A stretch of 64,000 nucleotides of DNA from Eledone cirrhosa (Eukaryota), in assembly GCA_964016885.1 (NCBI GenBank), contig OZ024758.1:27838001-27902000 (forward strand). The letters run 5' to 3'. This document shows, piece after piece, positions 13,582 through 28,100 of the stretch (positions within the stretch are counted from its first letter, which is position 1; every line of letters starts with the position of its first letter). The translations under genes were made by a program, and so were the position numbers. Below the pieces are notes generated by a model. It searched no databases. It was not told where the DNA came from and saw only the letters and a list, made by a program, of their open reading frames with translations.

Positions 13582-13981
13582 CAGACTTGCCAACCCCTAA
13601 AAAACCAAACAGGGAGTACTATGAAAAACAGTGCCCCAAAACAGGGAGAAATAAAGCAAAATGAAGAGATTTTACATAATGAAAGCTAACCTTACCCTTG
13701 CGACATATCTGGTAAACAGCCCTTAGCGGGTTATCTTGTAGAAAATTCCACCAGTCTGCTATATGATAAGTTTCCATTTCCTCCTCCCTGTTGTGATATG
13801 AGCTATGTAAAATCAAAATAGTTGCTGTTAATCTAAGAGGCAGCCCTGCCAACCTCTAAAAACCCATGGGGATATTTTACATAATGAAAACTATACCCAT
13901 TTTCACAAGAGAAGACATTTCTCACTCACCCCAAAGAGGGTGGGAGATCTTCCCGTTGGATGGGGAGAGTTGACAGGTCTG
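13582..13981. mobile_element. TIR element with 6-bp TSD
   Basis: CAGACTTGCCAAC / GTTGACAGGTCTG ends, flanked on both sides by ATGTGT. Confidence 0.6.
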
Positions 13982-15942
13982 ATGTGTCAAGAAGAGTCAA
14001 GATTATTCATGTCAAGTTTTTTCTTAAATAAAGCTTTTCTTTCATGACTTATACATCTTTTACTAAATTCATGAAAATGTCCTCTCAAAGAACAGAGCAA
14101 CCCTGTATAAAATGAACAGAAGTTAACAAAACCATTTGAATTTTAGGTTTTAATAAATAAAGTGTGTTATCAAACAATACCTTTTGTATGAGACATGGAA
14201 TAGCAAAGCTATCTAATTGTATGTATAACACAATTATTAGTGAAATTCATTTTTTAAAGATATACAAATATCTAGTAATAAATGTATAATACCGGTAATT
14301 ATATAATTACTTAAAATGTTTTAATTGAAAACATTAAATTTAAAAGAATTAATATAAATTAAAGCAAATTAAATTTTAAAATACTTTTAGCATTTAAACC
14401 GGCCATATCCGGCCAGAATTATTTAACCTTTTTCTGTTCAAACTGGCTGTAACTGGCCACTCATGTTAAGGTTTTGTTCTCAAAATAAATAATATCAAAA
14501 TCTCATAGATTCAATATTATGTGAGGTAAAGCCTTTACTGTGAAAATATAATAGTAAATATAGAGTAATGTAAATGCTAAATATGATAAATGAATGACTC
14601 TTAATCTCATTGTTTACCCAAATATTTTTTTTAATCAAAACCAGAAATTGATATGTTAATTACAGTATGTACTAGTAGATAAGTCACATTATAGAATAAA
14701 AAATATATGCAAATTAACCACCATTGTTCTGGGCTTGAAATTTGTAGCGTACACACAAGCAATTACGTATGTTCAGCAAGTTAGTCATGGAACCTCACAG
14801 CCTATATGAATATAAGCATTGCAAACAAATATATATTGATAATGTCATATGTGAAAATAAACTTGACTGTTTAAGCAGAACTAGATTCTGTGACAACACA
14901 AACAGGCCTATGATGATATGTATCATATATCATTCATATCTAGCTAAACTTTTTTCTATATATACTATATACATAGATTTGTTTGCAGGATCTTTCGAAA
15001 GATTTATTCTATTTATTATAGAAAAAGGTGGTAAAACCTGCCAAAAACCATGAGCATTAAAGGCAAAAGATGAACTCGTGAAACTATTTTTCAGTTGAGT
15101 TATTGAATAAGCTAAAGAGAATGGAAATTATAGTACTGAAAAGGAGTTTTGTGAATTGGAAAATTCATGAAACAATGGCAAAAAATCAAAAGAAACACTA
15201 ACAAAATTGCCCAAAAACAAAATATACTAAAGTGATTCATGTTTTTATGTTAGCTGACCATCGGTCAATCAGGTGTGATGATTTTAGAAGTACTAGTTGG
15301 TGTTTGTTCCAGTCACAGATCATAGGAACACATAGCTAGACTGTATTGGCAATGTCTGGGATTATTTCAGCTAAATGAGTTTATTACTTAAATGCAACCA
15401 CAAGCGAAACAGTATTCACAAAAAGCAACATGAAACTTCTGTACAGGTGAAAGGCTGAAGCTAAAATATTATAGACATAAAGAAGGTGTAACTTATCTAT
15501 CAATGTGACTTATGTATGAGTTAATATGGTAATAGAAGTTTGCTAATAGATGTCAATGTGAATTAATCTTCTTGGCGCTGTGGGTGACATAAGTCACCGA
15601 TAGGGTAATCTCCCCTTAATACATAATACAATATCAAGGGAAGCAATTCATTAAAAAAAAAAATTCAGTCTCCAGAAGGTTAATAGAAATGTTTTGAAAC
15701 TGACCAACTGTGGATTTGACCAGTCTTGAGCAAATAGTTTGGCATGATATACAAAGATTGCAAACAAATTTAAAGTCTGAGAATGCATATGCATTATTTA
15801 TGCTGACTTACAGAGAGAGGAAAATGTTATAAATGGATCATATAATATATATTATATTTAAATAAAGTTTTATTAGAAGTAGCACCTTTGAGGTTGTTTA
15901 TATGATAAGTAAGAATTAAATAACTCAATACTTTTAAAGAAT

Positions 15943-16171
15943 TTAACCCTTTAGCATTTAAACTGGCTGTATCCGGCCAGAATTCTCTCACCCCTCTCTG
16001 TTGAAAAGAGCCATAACTGGCCGCTCATACTGATATTAAAGTATTATTCTCAAAATAAATAATATCAAAATCCCATAGATTTGACATTATGTGAGATAAT
16101 TATGAGCGGTAAAGCCTTTTCTGTGAAAATACAATAGTAAATAGAGAGTTATGTGAATGCTAAAGGGTTAA
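15943..16171 (+). mobile_element. TTAA/piggyBac-type MITE P1, complete single-unit copy
   Basis: TTAA-CCCTTTAGCATT ... AATGCTAAAGGG-TTAA. Further copies at about 14385-14580, 16936-17170, 18625-18837, 37006-37196 (reverse), 45621-45849 and 46017-46137. Confidence 0.88.
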
Positions 16172-16391
16172 GCAATCAATTATATTTGAAAATATGAATT
16201 AAAATATTAATAAAGTATATCATTTATATTGATTATATTCAATTTTCAAATTAGTATAATTCTTGATAATTAATCATGAAAAAGACAAAAATAATTAAAT
16301 GTATAAGAAAAACAAATACTAATTAAAAACTTGAATTAAATAATTTTGCCCCTGTTGCTATTTAGTGCATATATATATATATATATATATA

Positions 16392-16720
16392 CACAAGGGT
16401 TAGCTGAAAAGTTCATAAGCTGACCAAGATACTCTCATGGAATTACCAAATGAGGTTTATTTTTCAACATAGTCCCTTGGAAAGAAACAATGCAGTTATT
16501 AATAAGAAGAGTTGAAATTAATGCATACAAGATTTCACAACTCTAGCATCACTACTTCATAGGCTGACCAAGATACTCTCATGGAATGACCAAATGAGGT
16601 TTATTTTTCAACATAGTCCCTTAGAAAGAAACAATGCAGTTATTAATACGAAGAGTTGAAATTAATGCATGCAAGATTTCACAGCATCACTCATAGACAG
16701 CTTATGAATTTTCAGCCTAC
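16392..16720. mobile_element. Tc1/mariner-like MITE with internal duplication
   Basis: GGGTTAGCTGAAAAGTTCATA terminus shared with 25702-25890 and 32946-33147. Confidence 0.6.
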
Positions 16721-17666
16721 TGGCATAAGTTAAGATAAACATTATAAAGTTTATATATATATATTTGTTAAAATAGTCTCCTCTTAAACAATGTACTGTT
16801 TAAAAATAACAATTTCCCTGAGTTTAAGATACAATTCTTTGCCTTGCAGATCAGTTATTTCCAATAAATTAACATAAATCAGTTATTTCCAATAAATTAA
16901 CAAACAATATAAGCAAAAGAAAAAATATATCCTCTTTAACCTTTTAGCATTTAAACCGGCCGTATCCGGCCAGAATCAGAATTCTTTCACCTCTTTCTGT
17001 TCAAACCAGCTGTAACTGGCCACTCATACTGATGTTGAGGTATTGTTCTCAAAATAAATAACATCAAAATCTCGTAGATTTGATATTATGTGAGATAATT
17101 ATGTAAGATAAAGCCTTTAACATAAATATACAATAGTATATATAGAGTAATATAAATGCTAAAGGGTTAAAGACAAATGGCATAAACCTGGTTACAACCG
17201 GTTTGAACAGAAAGAGGTGAAAGAATTCTGGCCAGACATAGCTGGTTTAAATGCTAAAGTGTTAAATGACAGGCGGGAAGCAAACTAGAAGATTATAATG
17301 ATTTCTAATTTAGGCAAAAGGCCTGTAATTTGTGGGGAGGGGGAAGTCGATTACATCAACCCCAGTATATAACTGGTACTTTATTTTATCGACACCAGAA
17401 GGATAAAAGGTAAAGTTAACCACAACAGGATTTGAGCTCAGAATATAAAGGGCTGTAACTAAATGCAGTAAAGCATTTTGTCCGACGCTCTACCAATTCT
17501 GCCATCAAAACCCGAAGATTATAACAAGTGTTAATGAGGGAATCATTCACAAACTTTACATTAAATACTATACATTGAATTAAAATTATTAGTTTAGTTT
17601 CTGTATATTAACTCTTACATCCTGTAATGATATAGCAAAAAATGTCTAAAAACAAATGTCTAAAAA

Positions 17667-17950
17667 CCCTTTAGCATTTAAACTGGCCATATCTGGCCAG
17701 AATTCTCTCACCTCTTTCTGCTCAAACTAGCTGTAACTGGCCACTTGCATCAACGTTTAGGTATTGTTCTCAAAATAAATAATATCAAAATCTAATAGAT
17801 TTGACATTATGTAAAGTAAAGCCTTTAATGTGAAAATACAATAGTAAATATAGAGTAATGTAAATGTTATGTGAGATATTATGTGAGGTAAAGCCTTTAC
17901 TGTGAAAATACAATAGTATATATAGAGTAATGTAAATGCTAAAGGGTTAA
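17667..17950 (+). mobile_element. MITE P1 copy with two tandem internal 72-bp units
   Basis: The segment TTATGT..GTAAAGCCTTTA..GAGTAATGTAAATG occurs twice, at about 17808 and 17880. Confidence 0.85.
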
Positions 17951-19038
17951 ACAAATGTTTAGAGTATCTTTAATTATGGACAGACTGTTAAATGCAATTA
18001 TTAACAACAAACATTATCATACATCACATACATCTTCAAAAGTAAAATATTCTCATCAGTTATTAATTCATCAACTAAATTGTCGATATTTATGTCTTAC
18101 TACTGTGTATTGATGTGGTACAGGACGTTTAGAGTTAAGCAAGAAATTTCTTGGTGCAATTTGGCATTAATAGTATATGTGTTTCTTTAAAAATGACAAA
18201 AGATAATTTAGCATTAACAGTTTTTTTTTTGTTTTTTTTGTTTTTTTGTTTTTGAACGAAAATATATCACATAAATGTTATGGAAGTCATTTCAAAATAA
18301 TATTAAAATAATAAATAGATGAAAACTTCTCTTCCAAAATACAAACATTCACTCTCTTTAAAAAAAAAAAAAAAAAAGCAATTAGCATTTCAATTGTTCA
18401 GAGAAAGCAAGTAAAGCTGTTACGTCACACCGAGATTTTAAAATGTGGGTAAAATATCTTTCAAAATTCATAATAGAATCATTTCATTGGATTTATGGGT
18501 TTCATAGTCATTGTGTTATGTTTTGTGGAAAGCAATGTGAGAAAATCAATGCTAGAAAATGATTATGAGATAGCAAAAAGTCAGATTAATTTAAAATGGA
18601 ACCCATTTTATTGTTTGTTTAAGTTTTAACCAGCCAAATCCAGCCAGAATTCTCTCACCTCTTTCTGTTGAAACCACTTGTAACCAGTCACTCATACTGA
18701 TGTTAAGATATTGTTCTCAAAATAAATAACATCAAAATCTCATAGATTCAATATTATGTGAGATAATTATGTAAGATAAAGCTTTTACTGTGAAAATACA
18801 ATAGTAAATGTAGAGTAATGCAAATGCTAAAGGGTTAATATTGAACTGTATAGATATTTAATCAGAGAAAGGTGTAAGTAAATAGATAGGTGGCTAGGTA
18901 AGTAAATAGATCTTTGTTGCTTGATCCTTTCTTTTTCATATTTTCTTTTCCCTTTATTAGTCTGTTTTGTTTTTATTAAATACTTCTCATTTTTATATAA
19001 TGTCAATAGCTTTTCATGACATAGCGAGATTTTGTATA

Positions 19039-19323
19039 CTAGGAATTATTCTCATCACACTGACACATGTATATACAATATACATGTGTGCATGTATTTA
19101 TGTGCATATGCATACATTTATATGTATGAGTATATAAATCTGCAAACACAGATACTCTTACAAAAATACACTCACAGAAATACACACATTTACACTCAGC
19201 GTAGCAAATGGAACACCGGCCGCTGTTTTGCTATAGTTTTTCACCATCCCCTGCCTTCCTTTTACACACACACACATTGTGTGACAGACGGATGGACGGA
19301 AGTCACTCAAATTTATATATAGA
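19039..19323 (-). mobile_element. Helitron-like short element (family HD); second copy at 25238-25686
   Basis: The minus strand starts TCTATATATAAATTTGAGTGA and ends CTAG|T in both copies. Confidence 0.55.
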
Positions 19324-22300
19324 TTGAATAAATAAATTACACGTCTAAAAAAAACCAATTGTCTTGTATATTGGATGAATGTTATTTGGTAAACTGCTGT
19401 CAAATCTAATTGGTCAACATTTGAAGGAAGATATTTCCACTGTATTGCTGTTGTTATGCAATAGGTACTACTTAACCTTCTGGAGGCTCCAGGCGCATTA
19501 AGTCGCCGATAGAGTAACCTCCCCTTAATACATAATTATTTCTACTTTAGGCACAAGGCCAGCAATTTGAAGAGGAAGGGGAAGATGATTAAATCAACCC
19601 CAGTGCATTACTGGTGCTTTATTTATCAACCTCGTAAGGATGAAAGGCAAAATTAACCTCAGCAGGATCTGAATTAAGACTGAAAAGGACCATAACTCTA
19701 TGTTGCAAAGCATGCCAATCCACCAGCAATGTCAAGGAAATCAATTCATAAAAATGTCTAGTGTGTTAAAGGTTAAATGTTTAAGCAATGCCTTGAAACT
19801 GAACTGGTTGAGCTGACCTCTTTATACAGTTTCCTAAATAATTTTCAGTTTCTTCCCAGTGATATTGCAGATTGGCATAGAGCCAGTTTTTCTTTATCTT
19901 TCCTTGTCTCATCCTTTCTTTTTCTCTGCCTCCTTCTCTCTGGCTGTCATGTTGATTGGTGGTTATCTGCGAGACAGATTCATGGTTCTAAGGATGTCCT
20001 GTAACCTTGTTACAGTCTCTCAGCCCTGTTTGTTATAGGATTCATCTGTTAATGGTGGTTTCAATTGCTAAAGTTTAATTATATTGTGTACTTTTCTACT
20101 CCTATTGTACATCACATGACTGTACTAACACAGTCTTCTCTCTTACACACACTCTTAAACCCAGTTTTTCCCTCTGTTCATCCAAGCTCTGCCTTTCTCT
20201 CACATTTACATTGCACATATGAAGGAGCATGACTTAGTGGTTAGAGCATCGGGCTTACAATTGTGAGGCTGTGAGTTCGATTCTTCGACCGGGATTTTTG
20301 ACACTTTATTTCATATTGCTCCAGTTCACTCAGTTATAGAAATGAAGTGCCACATCACTGGTGCTTAGCTGTATCGGCCTTTGCCTTTCATCGGTGACAT
20401 GGTGACATCAAGAGACTAGTATACATGAGCAACTGCTGGACTCCACAAATAACCTTCCTCAGAGTTGTGCCTCGGAAGGGACCTTTCTAGGTGCAAATCC
20501 CATGGTCATTCGTGGCCAAAGGGGATCTTTAGCCTTACATTGGACATCCAACAAAGCAGTTCAGCACTAAAACCTAAATCAGCAATAAACTGTTTACTGT
20601 TTTGAACAAATTTGACATTTTTCTATCTTATCCTTATTTTCTTTATTTGATTTTCTCACATTGTTTTATACAACACATAACTGCAACAACTACAAAGCCC
20701 CCACTATAAAAATATGTTGCTTCAGATAGACCAACACATTACAATTTTTAAAAATCTTTTAAAATATGAAAAATATATATCCAACATAAATATTTTGATG
20801 AATCTCTGAAGTAGCACCATAACACGAAGGAAAAGGAACATATAACTGGTATATTGTGTCACAATTTAGCAGATGATTGTTGGATAAACAAAAACATTTA
20901 GTGAGAGTTTATAAATAAGCATAACTTTTAACACTTCTGAGGAACACACTTGGCAAAAAGGACCATCAAATATCAAATACTGACAAAATATTACATATAA
21001 ACATACATGGATCCTCCTTCCCAACTTTCATACACCTACACCCTAACACTCCAGCCCACGTCTTAATCACCCACCCAACACCCATGTCTTTTCATCCCTC
21101 CACTGCAGTCCCCAGCCTACAGTGTAAATAAAATTGACCCCAGTGCATTACTGGTACTTTATTTTATCAACCCCGTAAGGCTGAAAGTATATACTTTAAT
21201 AAAGTACCAGTAATGCACTGGGTAATTGCTGGCCTTGTGCCTAAAGTAGAAACAAGTATATACTTTAATAATAAAACAACAGAAATTAAAGGTAATTAAA
21301 AAGAACATTTTTTGTCTAACCAAACAAATTTTTGTCAGAGGTTTGAATGATCAAAATGATAAAATACACCATCATCATCATTATCTCCACCACTACCATC
21401 ATCATCATCATCATTTACATCTATTTTCCTATGTTACCATGGGTTGGATGGGCCTCACTGCATCTCACCATGCATTTCTATCCTTTAACATCTATCATAC
21501 ACAACAACAAAGATAAGAAATACTGGCCAAGTTTGTTATTGTATATGTCATCTTAATTTTAGTGTTTTTTTAATTATAGCTGGAAGCCCTTATCCCCCAA
21601 CCACTTTATAATATAGACAATCATAGAATGCAAAATACTCAGCTTTGTTACTTCCTTAACCCTTTTTTTTTTTTTACCAGCCTGGCCATGGTTCTATGAA
21701 ATAAAACCACCCATTTTAAAGATTTCCAATTTAAATTAAAACCTTCCAACATAATTTTATACAAGTAAGTTTATATGTTAAGTTTCTATCTTAATAATGA
21801 AATAATTAATAATTTAAGTAAATCCCTCAACATTTTTCATAAATTGATTGAAATAGAGTGTATTTCATTAGAAACGCAATCATGAAAAGGTTAATATTTA
21901 ATATATAACAATGTTCCTTAAAACTGAAGATTTTTTTCTTTTTAAATAAAGAATAATCATCATTACTAGCGACCTCCTGACCTTCACTCTGGTCTGTACT
22001 GTGCTCAAATCTATTTATAAAGTACTATTTGTTATCTATTGTAATGTCCATTTTCCTTAAAATAAAAGATGTTAAAAGTATTTAAATATTCTAAAGTCTG
22101 AAATCTGTCTTAACAGAACCGACGACATTATCAAAGTATGTCCAACACCCTTACCACTAGGCCAAGCGTTTGCATAATTAAAAACATTTATTTTGATCTA
22201 AATATAGAAAACAATAAAGAAAATAATAGGAAAATGTATTCTATGAAAATTATAAATCATTTACATTAACTTCAGTATATACTATGTTTTAAAGTTTTTT

Positions 22301-23445
22301 CTTTGGAGCATATATGAAGAGTTTGTGGAGGCTTCCTACTCTGGAACAACCTACGTACAATTGATCATGTAGGAAGTAGCCCTCGTCAAGATGGCGACTA
22401 TTGAGACCAAGATGGCGACTATTGAGACTAGTTGAAAACACACGGAAAACCTTCATTATTGTTACCAATTTTGTTTAGTGTTATTAACAGTCAATGTACA
22501 AACAAACAAACTTCATTTTTATATGTACTATATATGTGTGTGTGTGTATGTGTACAGGTGAGTGTGAATACATTATATATATATATATATATATATATAC
22601 AAATATAAATTAGCGAGAATGGTTTTCAGCTCAGAAATTAACGAAAATCAACGTCTGATATGTGTGGCAAGCGCTCGATGAATCATGAATCAGAGCTACA
22701 ACATACGTTAAGGGCCAAACACACTGAGATGATGGTTAAACATATCATCTGCACAGCCAAAACAAAACGACCAAGTAATTCGGGTCAAACAATAAAAATA
22801 TATGTGTTGATACTATATATATATATATATAAAGGATAACAAGATATCGTTATAGGTAATTCAATTAGAGGTTGTGAATACTTCTTATCATGGATAGTTT
22901 TAGCGTACGGTGTTGATTGACTCAACAAGAGGTTTACGCAGATGACGAGTTTATGATTCCACTTGTATCCCTATGTAAGTTTATCTTGGAGTAATAAAAT
23001 TGACAGTTTCCGATTATCTAGTAGAGTTAACATCGTATTTAAAATTGAGTGGCACTGTTTTTAGTAATTTTTAGACAACTCTAAGTGAAACAATTGTGAG
23101 ACTGCAAATAAATCCCCTTTTTTGTACTGTTGACCATGTTATTCTCCACTTTTTCAATTATATATATATATATATATATAATGTATTCACACTAGATATT
23201 AGAAATAGAATGGAATTTCTATACCATTTCCTGTCAGCATGACTTGGCAAGCTAATTAGAACACTTTATTTCCCTCTGAAGAAGAGATATTATCTCGAAA
23301 ATTAAGGATATTCAAATAAATTTAAGGTAAAAGACTAATTGTCAGCAATATCTTTTGCATTTGTATTTATATTCTATATCCATACCTGCATTGTTCTGGC
23401 ATTCTAACTTTAAACGTTTATACATGTTTATATATGTTTATATAT

Positions 23446-23831
23446 GGAGGCACATGGCTTAGTGGTTAGAGCATTGGCCTTGCAATCGAAAGGTTGGGAG
23501 TTCAATTCTCAGACCGGGTGATGTGTTGTTTCCTTGAGCAAGACACTTTATTTCACATTGCTCCAGTTTACTCAGCTGTAGAAATGAGATGATAGGGACT
23601 AGGGTCCCTATCATTCCACTGCAAAGTGGTCGTGGAGGTGCCACGGCAAAAAAGCACCCAGCACTCACTGTAAAGTGGTCGTGGAGGGGCCACGGCAAAA
23701 AAGCACCGAGCACTCACTGTAAATGAGGTTGGTGTTAGGAAGGGCATCCAGCTGTAGAAATCAAGTCAGATCAGTTCCCGTCCCACCCTTGCAAGCAGGG
23801 AAAAGCGGACGTAAAATGATGATGATGATGA
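23446..23831 (+). mobile_element. SINE S1, full length, with an extra internal 48-bp-type unit
   Basis: tRNA head, CORE-like domain, duplicated AAAGTGGTCGTGGAGG...GCACTCACTGTAAA, and a (GAT)n tail. Confidence 0.88.
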
Positions 23832-24498
23832 TATATATATATATAATATATATATATAATATATATATAATATATATATAATATATATATATAGACAGAC
23901 AGACAGAGTGAGAGACACATATAAAGATGAGAGAGAGATGGGGAGACAGAGACAGAGAAAAATAGTGAGATTTAGAGAGAAATTATATGAGTGTATAAGC
24001 TAGCAAGAGTACCTGCCACAGAGTCACTGTGTGCCAGAAAGAGCATAAAATCTTCCCCCACCTACCCCAATTCCGTTTTCAGAGAAAAAGTCAATGGCGA
24101 CCATGTCAGAAGTCAAACTAGTTGGAAACACACGCAAAAAAAAAAAGACCTTAATTATTACCAATTTTATTTAGTGTTATTACTAGTCAACGTACAAGCA
24201 AACAAAAACTTCCTTTTTTTAAGAATTATAGATACCAGAGAAGCTGGTACGAGACCACCAGCTCCCTCCATTGCTGGTGGACCTGGTTGGCTCTACGCAC
24301 GATGATGCTTTGGGATCGCTGGCTTAGGGTGACCCCGACCTCGTTGAGCAAGAGCAACAAGAAGATATCTAAAAGCAATGGTTTGATTTTTGTATATTAA
24401 ATATTTTGGAGTTGTACTTGCTTGACTAGTGACTTAATCTGAGATCACAAGTTGTAGCTGAAACAATTTACATGTGTGGATAAGTCATTTCAAACCAT

Positions 24499-24910
24499 TT
24501 AATCTTTAGCATGCTAGTAATGTTTATGAGTTGTTTCTCTTGACACTGCATTATTTATTAAGGGGAGATTACTCATATGATACATTTTGTCGCCTAGTGT
24601 GCTGAAGATTAAGAACACTGTCACAGCAGTCTTAGTGTATGTATTCTTAACCTTTAGCAGGATCGTAATTTTTATGAGTTATTTCCCTTGACATTGCATT
24701 ATCTATTAAGGGGAGATTACTCATATGGTGCATTTCGTCACCTGCAGTGTGCTGAAGATTAAGAACACTATCACAAGTCTTTGGGTATGTATTCTTAACT
24801 TTTATAATGTTAGAAATTTTTATGAATTGCTTCCCTTGACACTGCATTTTATATTAAGGGAAGATCACTCTATTGGCGACATAATGCACCTGGAGCGTCC
24901 AGATGGTTAA
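24499..24910. mobile_element. Second TTAA-bounded MITE family (P2) as a 148-bp tandem trimer
   Basis: Units start at about 24499, 24647 and 24795; the trimer ends TCCAGATGGTTAA. Monomer-like relatives at 15563-15683, 19472-19776 and 35927-36042. Confidence 0.65.
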
Positions 24911-24979
24911 CTGGCTAAAATGACTCCACCACGAAGTAAGTGTGCCCTATTATAAACTAACCTGAATACTGTCAAATCA

Positions 24980-25114
24980 TTAATAATATATTCCAGCATC
25001 AAAGTCACGAACTGAATGATATGTTGTGATTACTGTACGGTTATGTAATATCTTTCCATTGATCTGTGTAAAAGCTGTGATGGCTTCCACGGCTTTTTCA
25101 AATTTCATAAATAT
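24980..25114 (-). CDS. UHMK1: UHMK1-like last coding exon: IFMKFEKAVEAITAFTQINGKILHNRTVITTYHSVRDFDAGIYY*
   Basis: Acceptor atttttag|; TAA at 24982-24980; RNP1 and the end of the UHM fold. Confidence 0.9.
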   Translation of the reverse strand: MFMKFEKAVEAITAFTQINGKILHNRTVITTYHSVRDFDAGIYY

Positions 25115-28100
25115 CTAAAAATAATAAAATAAAAAGAAAATTAATTAAGATTCATAGAACTTAAGGGACTTTACATATTAAACAGAAGAAAACAGATCAC
25201 ATATCATCTCCATTTAAGATTCATTTAGTTTATATAACTAGGATTTTTTCAACACGCTGACATGTATGTGTAAATGTGTGTGTATGTGCATATGCATACA
25301 TTTATATGTATGAGTATATAAATATAAATGTGTAAACAGACAGTTTCAAAAATCCACACTCACAGACGCTTCATCCTCGAGGATGGACCCTAATTTTGAC
25401 AACCAAAAATTTGAAAAAACAAACAACCTTCGGCCTCCAGGACGCATGGTAGATTTTTGAGACTCATTTTAGGGGAAAAAAAGTGTCTTCGACGCCGGGG
25501 AATACAGTACATTTACACAAATTACAATATACCTATATATACATATATATATACACACACACACACACAGCATAGCAAATGGAACCCCAGCTGCTGTTTT
25601 GCTATAGTTTTTTCACCATCCCTTTTACGTACACACACACACATTGTGTGACAGATGGACGGACATCACTCAAATTTATATATAGAAGATGCATATAAGT
25701 TTACGAGGGTTGGCTGAAAAGTTCATAGGCTGACTCAGATACTCTCATGGAATGACCAAATGAAGTTTATTTTTCAGCGTAGTTTCTGGAAAGAAACAAT
25801 TAATAAGGAGAGTTGAAATTAATGCAAGATTTTACAGCTCTAGCATCACTCCTTCATAATCAGCCTATGAACCTTTTAGCTGATCCTTTTTATATATATT
25901 TACAATGTTCCATATATTTTGAATTGAAGTTTTGTAGATTCATTAGATATGTTGCATGCTGGTTTTTCACATATTTTCGTGGAAAACAAGTGTGAGTTAT
26001 ACAATGCATGATTTCACAGCTCTAGTATCACTCCTAACAAACTACCTGCATCAGTGTTGTTAGCTGTCGGGACACTGCATCCTTCAAAACTTCCATGCTT
26101 CCCAAAATTCGTCAACACTACACCTGATATTCCCCCTCAATATACACGCACGCATGTGTGTGTTTCTGTGTATATACCATGACTCATACACTGTTGACTT
26201 TCCTGACATTTGTACATTATTCTATGTACTATACATGCACCCTTGATGAGTTGTAGTGCACCTGAGCACTGTACACAATTTTCATTATTATTATTTCATA
26301 GTCAGCCTATGAGTTTTTCAGTTGACTCTCGTAAATATAGCTTTCTAATATCTTCATTATCTAGAATAACAATAAATTTATATAATGGATATAAATTTAT
26401 ATTATGGAGGCACATGGCTTAGTGGTTAGAGCATTGGCCTTGCAATCGAAAGGTTGTGAGTTCAATTCTCAGACTGGGTGATGTGTTGTTTCCTTGAGCA
26501 AAACACTTTATTTCACATTGCTCCAGTTTACTCAGCTGTAGAAATGAGATGATAGGACTGGGGTCCATATCATTCCACTGCAAAGTGGTCGTGGAGGTGC
26601 CACGGCAAAAAAGCACCCAGCACTCACTGTAAATGAGGTTGGTGTTAGGAAGGGCATCCAGCTGTAGAAATCAAGCCAGAATCAGTTCCCGTCCCACCCT
26701 TGCAAGCAGGGAAAAGTGGACGTAAAATGAAATGATGATGAAAACTTCATCCTAATAAGAGAAAAGTCTGCCAGTTATCTTCTATTCTTATAGTAAGCTT
26801 TCATAACTGTGTGGTGAGCTGGGTTTCAGTCTTTTCTATAAATTAGAGCTTTATGAAGCATCAATGTACCAGAGGAATCTCTAGTCACTGAAACAAAAAT
26901 AAACTTAAGAGAAAATATACAGCTCCAAACTAGTTCTTTTTATCAATCTTTTAATGAAGGGATTTTATACTGAAATATAAAGACCTATAAAGAACTTTGT
27001 TACCAGCAGAGGTAATAGTTATTCAAATTTTTAGTTAAAATAGGATCCCCATCGATGGAAAATGAAAGACAGCTGAGTATATGACTGGGGATCCTGACTA
27101 GACAGTGCTAAATGTTGTTCAGGATTGCCTCCTCAAACGTTTTCCTAGCAGCAATCCATAATACTACAAATGTCGCCTTAGTCTGGCTCACCAATCTCGA
27201 TCTGTCTCTCTAACCATTGTGTATATGTCATTCAACAACAAGAAGTTAAAATAGTTTTTACTTACAATTCCTTTTCCCCTGCCTTCTGTTGGAAGAACAC
27301 ATTTAATCAACTTTCCAAATTTACAGTATCTACTGATTAATTCTTCTTTTACAGCTAGGAAAAGAAAAAATTAAACATTTATTTTTAATGCTAAAATGTG
27401 TTTTGAAAACTTGTCTACATAGTAACTATAAAACACTGACTTGTTGAAATTAACCAAGAAATAACTTGCTATATAAACTGATCATATAATTTGCTATAAA
27501 ATATTTATATAAAACATTATAATAACTGAAAGAATACAATTGCAAACACGAGTGGCCAAAATACGATTCTTCCGAAGGGTTTTTGGAGTAATGTTACTCG
27601 ATAAAGTGCGTAGCTCGGAGATCAGAGAGTCACTCCAGGTAGAGTTGCTACTTCTCCAAATTGAGAGATCACAACTCCGATACTATGAGCAAATGATTAG
27701 AATGTCTCAGGAAAGAATCTCTGGACAGATTTTACAAGCAAAACCATCTGGCAGGAAACCCAGATGTAAACCCCGAGCAAGATGGTTGGATAACATTCAT
27801 GAGCTTGGCTGGTCTTGCTTGGGGATCCAGCCAGATCAGTTGGAGATGTTTGCTTCTGACAGGACCCGCTGGAAGGAGTGCTTGAGGACTCTGCCCCCAT
27901 GACCCTCTCAGGAATAAGTAGGCGAAGAAGAAGAAAAAGACGAACTTATATTAAACCAGTAAAATCTGGAAATAATTTGCTATATAAACTGACATATAAT
28001 TCGCTATAAAATATTTATATAAAACTTATATTAGTACAGTAAAATCTAAAATCAAAAGAAGTCAGTGATAATCTGTGAGATAATAGGGACTGAGGTCCAT

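Noticed and set aside
22388-22429. Doubled YY1-like motif CAAGATGGCG as a promoter
   Set aside because: It is a 21-bp tandem duplication inside a repeat related to 24090-24215, with no other promoter evidence.
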